Shown here in pieces: positions 53,416 to 64,000 of a stretch of 64,000 bases of DNA. The stretch is from the NCBI RefSeq assembly GCF_008831285.2, contig NC_045138.2, positions 9,796,001-9,860,000 of the forward strand, read 5' to 3'. The notes under the pieces are model-generated. The model saw nothing but the letters and a program-made list of their open reading frames with translations, was not told the origin of the DNA and ran no database searches. The stretch comes from Nymphaea colorata. Its lineage: Eukaryota. The translations under genes and the position numbers were made by a program. The first letter of the stretch is position 1. The number at the start of each line of letters is the position of its first letter.

Positions 53416-53643
53416 GTCAATGCTCAAACTTTTTTGTATTTTTCTGGTTTAATATTCCATTGTTTTTGTGATGTTTTTTAAAAAATTACTGCATCATTTT
53501 GTTGGAGTTACTTTTGTATTACCTTTGAATGTGGTTATCGTCACCCATGTAATAACTTTATGGAATATATTTATGTCTCTGATGATAAGCTTGTTATGCT
53601 TTTGCAGTATTCCATGTCTTCATATGAATAAATTAAAAACTGA

Positions 53644-55175
53644 GGGGGTGTTTGGATGACACCCTCTTAAAACCAAGTTATAAGAAAACCAGGTTTTGTG
53701 TAAATCTGGTTTTAAACTTGGTTTGTCTGTTTGGATGACAATAGGAAAACCGATTTTTTACCTTTCAAACATGGTTTTTGTTTGGATCACAAAAACCTGG
53801 TTTTATACGAAGCCTCTAGAAATCAAGTTCAGTTGAATGTTAAGTACAGCTAAATGATAGTTGAGCAAATACAATTGCCCAGTATGCCACCACTAAGAAA
53901 CTTTGACTACCATGCTTCATTAAGGCATCTAGATTTTATGATTACCTTCGACTATAGTTCCTTGGTAAAATTCTCCTTAGAGCAGGGTTTATTTTCAAAA
54001 TTCTACCAAATGGATCATCAAGATCCTTCGATAAACCAAACCATATGCCACCACTAAGAAACTTCGACTACCACTCTTCATTAAGGCATCTAGATTTTAT
54101 GATTACCTTTGACTATAGTTCCTTGGTAAAATTCTCCTTAGAGCAGGGTTTATTTTCAAAATTCTACCAAATGGACCATCAAGATCCTTCGATAAACCAA
54201 ACCATTAACCTAACTACATAACAAGGATGTGACAATCAGATTTATAACTACTTCAGTTATTATAAAAGGCTTAATGATTTCATATATGCCACTAGATGAA
54301 AATAAGAAAATCCATGAATAGAGAACTTATAGTACATTTACAATTAACACACGTCTAAGTCTTTGTCACATGGTTTCTGCTGTAAAGGCAGTGTCCCCAT
54401 ACCGGTTGGGTACGACACCGGTACTTGTATGGTACTGTGCCATGTACTTCTTGGGTACTGGTCAAACATTACCAGATATGACCAACGTACCCGAGACTGT
54501 ATCAGTCTGATTTAGGACTCGGTCAAAGTTGATTGATTCCTTTCCTAACCAAAATCTAGAATTTCTGTTTTTTTTCTTTACACCATTTATACTCAGGAAA
54601 TGCATACAGAGCTGCGTTTTCATATTTTGTTTAAGTATCTTTTGTAGAATCTATAAATTTTGAATCAGGTCATGGATGTGTTTTTTTGTTTGTCTGAATT
54701 CTTATTTCATGTTATATATATATATATATGTATATATACACACACACATAGACCCAGCCGTATCCCTGTACCCAAGTTTTTTGAAAATAGCCCATACCCG
54801 TACCGGTACCAGCATCCGTACCGGCACCCATAACCAATGCTACCCAAGTCCTTAGATTTTTCCAAGCATAGACACTGTTTTCATCCTATAAAAATGTACC
54901 ATAGCATGCCCAAAAAAACTATCAGTCGAAATGTTCATCACAAGATTCAACTGACACAAACCTGCTCTCACCCCAAAACAACGTTTTGAGGTGAAAAATC
55001 TAGGGGTGAGCAGGTTTGCCAAAACGTGGTTTCAACCAGGTTTTCAGCAAAACTCGGTTTCTTAAAAACCCAGTTTGCTGCCACCCAGACACCACAAAAA
55101 TGGGGTTTGTGGGGCAAAATGAGGTTCTGCATCTCAAAACCCCAACCCCATTTTAGGGTGTCAATCAAACGCGCG
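53644..55175. mobile_element. Non-autonomous PIF/Harbinger (Tourist-like) element in intron 4, with an internal ~160-bp tandem duplication and a nested element (~54390-54876)
   Basis: Ends GGGGGTGTTTGGATGACACCCT and AGGGTGTCAATCAAACGCGCG, flanked by TGA and TAA; near-identical duplication at ~53885-54205; nested CAGTGTC...GACACTG segment. Confidence 0.7.
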
Positions 55176-56656
55176 TAAAATTGTTAACAAATAGAAAAGT
55201 ATTATAAAAATTACCTAAAGCACTTAACACGGTAGAATGGTGTTATATGAAATTCATACTGACGTTAGCTGGCATAATAAATACTGAAGCTGCTTTTGTA
55301 GTTTTACTAATTTAGGTTTGTCTTCCTTGACATGTTATTCTTGATTTAGTAGTTCTGAAACGGTGAGACCTTTTGTGCCGAGGCCTCTAAAGCTTAAGCT
55401 ATTCCAAAAATATTTTAGTTGGAGTTTTTTTGTCCTTTGTGGGGTATGCTGTTTGAGCATTTGCAAAGTCACTCTAACACATTTATCCATTCAAAATGCA
55501 TGGAGCTCCCTTTTCTTTGGGTGAGTTACATTCTTGCACCTCTTTTGCTCGAGAGGTTCCACTCTTTGCAATTTGGTGAATCGGATTGGACAATGTCTCC
55601 TGTCATACAGTGATCATGTGAACTGGGTTTCCAGTTCACCCAGAAATGTCGTTGCTTTACCTTCTAGGATGTAAAATGAAAAGAAAAACATGGGTCAATG
55701 GTGATGCTGGGCAAAATCTGGGAAAGGTTCAATCTGCACTTTGCAGCCTCGTAGATATATCATTTATAGGGACAACCTAGCATGCACTGTCTGTGCCAGG
55801 TTATCTCCACAAACCATGTCTAAGCCAATATTTGCTAAGCCAGCCACCTGATAAAGAAGAGAAAGTTGAGTCTCAGCTAAAATCTGACAAGATTATGAAC
55901 AACATTGGCCCAGCACATGTGCATCAGAGCTTGTCTGACCGTAGAGAATTCAAAAGAATATCTCTAATCCACTTTGAAAATGTGACTTCAACAGTCATCA
56001 AATGATTCTGTAGCAGAAAATAGGCACCAAGCCCAAATGGGAGAATAAGAATCTTTATTTAATTTCTAGAAAACTGCTGTTCATGACAGCGTACTTTGTA
56101 CAATGAATAGTGGAATATTTATACAAGAGAAGGAGGGAAAGGCTAGAGAGAACTAGCGGTTGCAGTAGTTCCAAGTTCCAACGGCTAGAAGAAAGAACAA
56201 AAATAATAAAAAAAAAAACCTAAAAGACTCAACAAAAGGTGACCTATTAACAATAAGAGCAATACATATATCAGCCTATAATTATGTATGTAATGTACAT
56301 ACATAAACATAGGTAATATGCATAAACATAGGCAATATATGTATATTGTATGCATGTACCCTATTTTTTAACACACTTCACATCTCCCAACTTGTTGGTT
56401 AATTTTTAAGTTTGGCCTCTCTTTACTTTTATCTCCTTCTGGTCTTTTATATATGTAGTGGAATTGGGTTTTGTTAGCATGATGAACTAGTAATGGTTAT
56501 GCTTCATAGTATTTGCATACAGCTGTCAAGAGAAACTGTAACTGGCTTCAGTAGCCAAGTTCTCTGTCCCTGCAAGGCTTTAGCGTCCAGTAACAGTTCT
56601 GTAGTTGCAAAGTATCTTGGTTTGTGCTTGCATTTGATTTAAAAAGGAAAAATACT

Positions 56657-56842
56657 TAGAACCGAAGGGTTTGATGTAGTGGGATGGGCATTGGCTGTCA
56701 GATCGGAACTCAAAGTTCGATTCCCGTGGGCGCTGTTCCTTGTGTAAGCCAAAATCTATGTATACCTCTCGGGGCTGGAGGGCCAGCAGATTATTTTACA
56801 GACACCCAAGTTAGGGTTTAAGACTGGGCTTTCTCTGTGCTG
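56657..56842 (+). mobile_element. tRNA-derived SINE in intron 4
   Basis: A-box-like TGATGTAGTGG (56672), B-box GTTCGATTCC (56715), 14-bp TSD AAAGGAAAA(A/C)TACT with one mismatch. Confidence 0.7.
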
Positions 56843-57011
56843 AAAGGAAAACTACTCTCCCTTTTCTCATGTGAAAGGAAAAGATCTGTAAATTAAATTA
56901 CAGGACTAAGTGAAACAACATTAGCCATAGAGTACAGCATGATCTTTAGATAGAAAAGAATGCTCATCCAGTTGGAATATTAGAGTATGAAATCTGTTCC
57001 TTCTCTTGCAG

Positions 57012-57452
57012 GTGGGCGTGACCCATTACTTCTCCATATTGAAGGCAAGGCAGGAGCTTGATTATGAGCCTCTGGTGAGTCCACGCCAGGGAATGGCTGA
57101 GACAATTGCGTACTGGCAGGAGATGAAAAGGAGGACAGTAAACAGTCCCCCTATTTACGTATGGCTCTTCTGCATAATTGGCATGCTTATCGTGATTTGC
57201 TCTGCTGTTGTACCATATCCATATCTTGGTCCTTTTGAATGTGTGAGGACACTCAGCCTCTTTGTTTTCCGATCATTATTGGTCGTGCGATTAGTGGCAA
57301 CTGTGGCATCATCTGTACATATCTTGGAAGCTGGATATGCTTGGTACCTGGCTAGGGGGGTGGATCCCCCTAATGCGAAACGCTGGTTCTGGCAGACACT
57401 TGTTCTTGGCTTCTTCTCTTTAAGATATTTGTTGAAAAAGCGAGTGAATTGA
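57012..57452 (+). CDS. SDR42E1: SDR42E1-like exon 5 (terminal; membrane-spanning C-terminus)
   Basis: TTGCAG acceptor; VGVTHYFSILKARQELDYEPLVSP...HILEAGYAW...WFWQTLVLGFFSL; TGA at 57450-57452. Confidence 0.93.
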   Translation: MGVTHYFSILKARQELDYEPLVSPRQGMAETIAYWQEMKRRTVNSPPIYVWLFCIIGMLIVICSAVVPYPYLGPFECVRTLSLFVFRSLLVVRLVATVASSVHILEAGYAWYLARGVDPPNAKRWFWQTLVLGFFSLRYLLKKRVN

Positions 57453-60400
57453 GAGGAAGCCTGCCTGAAGCCACAAGAAGTGTCCAATCCAGAGAGTGTA
57501 ACCTGCAATCACGCAACCAAGAGATTTCTTTTTATATGAACAATGAAACCAAGAGCTGCAACGTTCATATTATGCTTATAAATTTTCAATTGTTAACTAA
57601 TTTCGTCACAGATTCTTCTTTGAATTTATTGATTCTTGGACTGGTTTACTAAGAGGCCATCTTAGAAACTCTATGCATTTCTTTCATGTTATGATGTTCC
57701 ATGTCAAGTAGGAACCAACATGTTACACAGAGATCAGCGTAGCTATCACTAGAACGCAGAAAAATTTTCACCTAATCCTTTTCGGCAACACAAAGCTTCA
57801 AGGAACAACGTCCTGCTCAAAGCCTGAATAATGTATGAAATTGTCCCTTTGTACTTCAAAGAAATATTGCATCTCTAACATTTTCTGGTGCAAACTTCAG
57901 TATTTTCTTCTCAAACTTAAGTATTTTCTGCTCCAACTGTTGCATGACATAGTTTTCGTACAGTTTGTGTACAAACTATAAGACTTCATGTGTGTATAGC
58001 AATTTTTTGTGCAATCTATTCCAAATCGTGGATTTCCAAAATGGCAGACTGTTTCAGATTATGCACAAACCTTTAATCATGGTCACACGTAAACTTTATC
58101 AAGGATTATCATTGTGCAGAATCATTGAATGAAGCCAAATCTCGGCCTTCTGCGTTCACGTGCCAACACAGTTTGGAGAGTTTTGTGTATAAATACAAGG
58201 TTCTGAAGCTAATTAGTTAGCTTTATATTCTGAAAATGGGAATATCCAAGCCTTAATAATGTATTAGCCTAATTTAATTAAGATAATCTTCCGTCTTATT
58301 TTCATCATCATTGAAACTTAATCTTGCCTTATGGCCCCCATTAAGTCAGATCTGACCTTAACCTTACACTGGCTTACTGAAAAAAAATGTATGCTCAGAT
58401 TGGACGTATGAACCCCTCAACCATCATTACAAGCATGTACACGCGATGCATAAATGCATGTCGTTGTCTTACAAGTATTCTGCCAGCACAAAGGCAAGTT
58501 AATTTGGTTATAAACCAAGAATATATCCTTTAACATTTTTTAGTCATTAATATACTTTCAAGAGGTGTCATCTTTTGAAATCCTACATTTTCTAAAATAA
58601 GCAAAAATGGATCTTTGGTTAGATAAGCACTTGGGGTTCACTCCTTTGCCGTAATTTTTGTCCACAAGTTTAGATGGCAACCGTAATCGGGCTTATGTCT
58701 ATTATCAAGATTATTTATGGCTTAATTGTGCCAAATGAAATTGTACAAACCAAACTTTGAAAAAACAAAGAGATCTTCAGAAACAGCAAGCTTCAAGATC
58801 AAAAACTCAAAACATCAGACTTTTGAATAAAAAGTCAAGAATTGAAATATTATATGATATCTTCAAAAGCATAAAAGCTTTTTACAAAATAAGAGGGCAA
58901 AATTCTTATATATACAAGAGAGAAAGTAGAGGTTTCACGCGAGACCGACTTAGTATAAGTTATTTTGTCATTTGACATAACCATCAACAATAAAGTATAA
59001 TGCCAAAAACGAAATAAAAATTTCCCAAAAAAAAGACATGCACAATCAAAAGTATGTTGATGCTTGACACCATTTTTTCAAATTTATGGCATACCTCAAC
59101 TAATGAGCAGGTAAAACCTGGATAAAGAAGTGAGCTAACCAATACTTTTGACATGACATGGCACATTATAATAATCTTCTTCAGAAATTCTTTTTGAACA
59201 TAATGGCAACTCACATTAATGTGTTTTTGGGCTCACTAGAAGTTTATTTGCTTGCATGCAAATTGTTCTCCTATGTCTAGGGTCTGTATAATCTTTTACT
59301 TTGCTTTGTATTTCCTTTGCTTATATTAAGTCTAAACTTATGCTTGTTCACTTGTAAGGGAGTACCCTCCCACCGGTCTAAGTATTATGCTTGGAGATTT
59401 TATGTTTTGGGTGGTCGGCACTAGAATCCTTGTAAGTGGCTTCGGTAATCCTATAAGTAAAGTTGAGATTATCCTCCTTTTCTTACCTCCCTCATGATGT
59501 ACAAGTTTTTCAAGATGAATACATTGCGAGTTTTCTTTAATCACAATTTTTTTTCTTTATGCACTTTGTTTTTCAAAACGCTCTTTGCACCCCTTTCGGT
59601 GGTTTTAAGGCTGACGACAACTAGGTTTTTGTCATGCCGCACGAACTGAAGGAGTCAACCCATGACAACTGGTATCAGAGCCACGTTTGACTCAATCTGG
59701 GGAAGCGGTTGGAGAGTCGGTGTAGAACAGCACGCCAACGAGCGTTGATCGAAAAGGACAACCTGGCGACTAGATACAATTTACGAAGCAAGGGAGTGGC
59801 CCAGTCCGACGAGATGGGTACATCCCACGGTCAGGAAGAACTTGCCGAAGTTGTGAACAAGCTGGTTGCCGACGTAGCTACTCAAGAAGAAGCATTGGAC
59901 AATGCAGCCGAGTCCTTCGAGGAAATGAGGGGTGAAATGAAGACACTACGGGAACAGATGGTTGAGCTTATGGCCATGAATCGGTCACTTGTTGACACAG
60001 TGACCACATTGCAAGCTGAAGTTAAGGAACTTCAAGTAAAGAACCACATGCTACAACGACAAGTTTCTATAGGTGGAGGTGACGATTGACCAACAAGAGT
60101 CGACGTTCAACGGCCTACAAAATACAATGGAAATTGGGATAGTCGAGTGATTGACAACTTCCTGTTTCAAGTAGAATATTACTTAGACCTTCAAGGCATT
60201 GTGGGAGATAACCTGCAAGCCATGACCACCGCCATGTTACTTGAGGGAGATGCTGTTAAGTGGTGGTAGAGGAAACAACTTGACATTCAAAAGGAGATCT
60301 GCACAATAGACACTTTCGATGATTTTCAGCGAGAGTTCAGGAATTATTTCATGCCCCCGAATGTGAGACGTCAAGCATATCGAATGGTCGGTGAATTGAA

Positions 60401-61024
60401 ACATACAGAATCCTTGCGAGACTATGTGATGACCTATTAAAGGCTCATGTTAGATGTACCAGATATATAGGAACAAAGATAAACTGGACTGGTTTATTTT
60501 GAGACTTCAGCCGTGGACACAATCCGAAGTGGAAATGTGTATGTAATCTAGAGACCTGGAGGATGCTTATGTAACAACAGATTGCTTAGCCGATACCCAG
60601 CACAAGAGCTACACTAACACCTTCAAACCTTTGAAGAAGCCTGACCATGGAGGAAAGAAGGAAGATCGACAGAAACACAAAGATGAATCATCGACCCAGC
60701 ATCAAATCGAGAAGAGACATTTCTTTTGTAAGAACAACAATTCCAAAATAAAATGTGAAGTTGTTGGTTTTGCGGAGATAGGCACTTATCCAGGCAATGT
60801 CCAAAGCACATAATAAAAGACAATAGACAAGTTATTGTTGTAGTTGTAGAGACCAATGTTGAAGGAGCGGAGTCGCGCATGGGAGCCATTCAGATGCTCA
60901 ATACTGTACAAAGTCGAGTAGCATCAAACATGATGGTGAATACAGAACTGATGTACATGGATATTACTCTAAGTAAGGCTGGGCGTCGGGCCGGCCCGGC
61001 AGCGACCCGGTCGGCCCGACTACC

Positions 61025-61270
61025 TCCCCACATCCCCCCCCCACCCGTCTCCCTCCCCCTTCCCCCTTTCCCGTCTCCCTCCGGCCTCCCCCTTCCCCTT
61101 CCCCTCTTCCCGTCTCCCTCCGGTCTCCCCCTCCCCCTTCCTGTCTCCCTCCCCGTTCCCCTTCCACCCTTCCCGTCTCCCTCCGGCCTCCCCCTTCCCG
61201 TCTCCCTCCCCCCCTTCCCCCCTTCCCGTCTCCCTCCCCCTTCCCCTTCCCTCCTTCCCGTCTCCCTCCC
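61025..61270. repeat. Polypyrimidine/polypurine degenerate repeat (CCCCTTCCCGTCTCCCT units)
   Basis: About 245 nt that are almost only C/T on the + strand. Confidence 0.9.
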
Positions 61271-61494
61271 GCCAGTACGTACTCCATGAGCGCCGCCGCC
61301 TCTATCTGACCAGGGTGGTGCTTCAGCGGGTCGGCGAACTCCGGCTTCCCCTGCATCACCTCGCAGAACATGGCGGACAGCAGCTCCGCCAGCACCGCTA
61401 CCACGTTCGCGTCGTAGCACACCAGGCACGCCATCGCCGCCCCGATGGACGTGCCGCTGACGATGGCCAGCCCTTCCTTGGGCTGCAGCTCGAA
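61267..61494 (-). pseudogene. PAL: Captured phenylalanine ammonia-lyase fragment (~76 codons)
   Basis: [74 protein letters not shown] is clearly PAL core sequence, lacking the usual THKL tetrapeptide. Confidence 0.92.
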
Positions 61495-64000
61495 CCTCTC
61501 CTCCATTGGGTCGCCGAACGCCGTGACAGTCGCGACGAAGCCGGGCCGAGAGATGGGAGGGGGAGGCCGGAGGGAAGGGGAAGTCCAGCGGTGGCTCCTG
61601 CGCCCCATGTCCCTCTTTCTCCTCCTCTCCGCTCCCTGCTGAAGTCCGGCGGTGGCTCCTGTGCTCCGAGAGGGAGACGGGAGGGGGAGCCAGGCCATCG
61701 GGCGTCGGCATGCCAAACGGGCCAGGCTGGGCCTCATTTTGGGTGGACCGGCCCGGCCCGGTACCCAGCCCGGCCAGGCCCGGGCTTCAGGCCCTACGGG
61801 CCGACCCAGGCCGAGGAAAACCTGGCCGGGCCGGGCCGGGCCGGCCCTGCCCGATACCCCCCCTAACTCTAAGGGGTAAGTCTACTACAGCCATGGTAGA
61901 CTCTGGGACAATGCACAACTTCGTTTCGAGAGAAGCGGTAGAGAGATTGGGATTGAAGCTTGAGCCGAGATAGAGAATCTTGAAGACGGTGAACTCTGTG
62001 GTTTGGCCTATCTTTAGAGAAGCAAAGGGTGTAGTCATCCAAATTGGGAGTTGGGCTGGCACTACAAACTTCTCAGTTGTTTCCCTGGATGACTTCAAAT
62101 TAATCCTTGGTATGGAGTTCCTTCGAGGCCAAAATATTATGATGTTGTTAAAATTCAACTCATTGACATTGATGAGACCAGACTGTACACACACCATCCA
62201 TTGTCATTCTACTAGTGGAAAGCCACATTCAATGTTGCCTACGATGCAACTAAAGAAGGGCGTAAGACATGGGGAACAAATGTTTCTTGTATCCATCCGT
62301 GCAGAGGAGGAAGACAAGTTGATTTCTATCCCACCAGCCCTAGCTCCCTTGTTGGAAGAGTTTTAGGAAGTAATGCCACCTGAACTGCCAAGGCGATTAC
62401 CACCGAGACAGGAAGTTGATCATCAGATTGAACTAATCCCTGGAGCAAAAACCCCCAGCCATGGTTTCTTATCAAATGAGACCAACAGAATTGAAGGAGC
62501 TACGAAAACAACTCGACGAGATGTTGGAGACAGGCCTCATCCGACCGTCTAAGGCACTGTTCGGAGCGCCAGTGTTATTTCAGATGAAGCAAGATGGCTC
62601 AAAGCGTCTATGCATAGACTATCGTGCATTAAACAAGGTAACGATCAAGAACAAATACCCGTTACCACTTATTGCTAACTTATTCGATCAGTTAGGCAAT
62701 GCACGAATCTTTTCCAAATTGGACCTTCGATCGGGTTATTGGCAAGTCAGGATAGCTGAAGGTGATGAACCAAAGAGTACTTGTGTCACTCATTATGGTG
62801 CTTACGAATTCCTAGTTATGTTATTTGGGTTGACCAATGTCCCAACGACCTTCTCAACATTGATGAACAAAATCTTCTACCCGACAAGTTCGTGGTGGTC
62901 TATCTTGATAACATTGTGGTTTTTAGTGAAAGCATGGAGTCACATGTCAGCCACCTGCAGATGGTGTTCCAAGTTTTGAAGGACAACGATCTTTATGTGA
63001 AAAAGGAGTGTCACTTTGGCCACTAGGAGATCAGTTTTCTCAGTCACATTGTAGGAAATGGCCAGTTGCGAATGGATCTGGGAAAGGTGAAAGCCATTCA
63101 AGAATGGAATCCGCCAAGAACAGTGCCTGAACTGTGGTCCTTCATTGGCTTGGCAAATTATTGCAGATGGTTCATCGAGGGGTATTCCTTGATTGCTGCT
63201 TCTCTCACTGACTTGCTGAAGAAGAACACGGCCTAGGCTTGGACGCAGTCTGCTCAAGATGCTTTTGAAGGATTAAAGAGAGCTCTTGTGAAAGAACCTA
63301 TACTTAAGCTACCTGATTACTTGAAGCCATTTGAGGTCCATACTGATGCTTCTGACTTTGCTATCAGTGGAGTATTGATGTAGAAGGGTAATCCGATCGC
63401 TTATGAGGGCCGAAAGTTGAAGGAAGCAAAAAGGCGCTATACTGTGCACGAACGCGAAATGACTACAATCATGCATTGCCTTCACAAATAGACATTATCT
63501 GTTGGGAACTCAGTTCATTGTAAAGACTGATAATGTAGCCACAAGTTACTTCCAGACGCAAAAGAAGCTATCTCCAAAGCAAGCTCGTTGGCAGAAATTC
63601 TTGGGTGAGTTCGACTTTGCTTTAGGGTACAAAGCGAGGAAGACCAATGTCTTGCTGATGCCTTGATCGAAAGATAGAACTTGCAGCAAGTCGGGCAGAA
63701 TCCTCTGAAATACGACTGGAGGGTGTTCTTCTCGAGCACGTTCGCAAAGAGATGCAGCAGGACCCAACGGCCCTACATTTGGTGGCCTTAGCTGAAGCAG
63801 GGAAGACTCGAAGGTTTTGGCTATGAGATGGACTTCTCCTCACCAAAGGCGGACGTATGTTCATGCTGCATGGGGGTAACCTTCGATGGGAGCTTCTAAA
63901 GGAGTGCCATGATACCTTGTGGGCGGGCCATCCCGGAAAGGAGAGGACCTTAGCACTTCTTGAACGCAGATATTATTGGGCTCAGATGCGGGATGATGTT

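Larger units (their letters stand above)
60974..61865. mobile_element. Pack-type non-autonomous hAT element (892 bp) inserted in the Gypsy protease
   Basis: Exact 8-bp TSD ACTCTAAG (60966-60973 and 61866-61873); termini TAAGGCTGGGCGTCGGGC and GCCCGATACCCCCCCTA; GGCCC-rich subtermini; removal restores [17 protein letters not shown]. Confidence 0.9.
59270..64000 (+). mobile_element. Degenerate Ty3/Gypsy chromovirus (Galadriel-like), running past the window end; left LTR boundary uncertain
   Basis: LTR end ...CATGACA at 59667 then PBS TGGTATCAGAGC; gag VIDNFLFQVEYYL; protease [25 protein letters not shown] and VYLDNIVV; RNase H VHTDASDFA; integrase ECHDTLWAGHPG; many stops and frameshifts. Confidence 0.92.

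Noticed and set aside
56657..56735. Genuine tRNA gene
   Set aside because: No convincing cloverleaf or acceptor stem; the TSD and unrelated 3' body fit a SINE better.
60879..61973. Pro-rich (extensin-like) and Gly/Arg-rich long ORFs
   Set aside because: They arise from the C/T tract and high GC of the hAT insert; only the PAL segment has real homology.

Overview
Plant (angiosperm) nuclear DNA, rich in transposons. It holds one apparently intact host gene: a 5-exon SDR42E1/3-beta-hydroxysteroid-dehydrogenase-like gene (39926-57452, +, 479 aa after splicing) whose three long introns are full of TEs. An ~11 kb block of mitochondrial DNA (about 6960-18200, probably a NUMT) carries ccmFC with its group II intron and a 1-nt frameshift, the overlapping cox3/sdh4 pair in unedited form, a decayed rrn18 5' fragment and two blocks of short repeats. 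The rest is TE-derived: a decayed Copia lacking its integrase core, a full-length Ale-like Copia with LTRs, PBS, PPT and TSD, nested Copia relics, a 3.5 kb non-autonomous Gypsy-type LTR element, a decayed Galadriel-like Gypsy, several hAT MITEs with 8-bp TSDs, PIF/Harbinger-like elements, CACTA ends, an L1 fragment and a tRNA-derived SINE. The most notable observations are an 892-bp Pack-hAT carrying a phenylalanine ammonia-lyase (PAL) fragment inside the Gypsy protease, a possible LTR-encoded ATG mini-exon that would splice in frame to Copia gag, and an orphan TWD40-2-like exon fragment. I see no clearly new multi-gene system. Family and lineage names come from motif recognition, not database searches.
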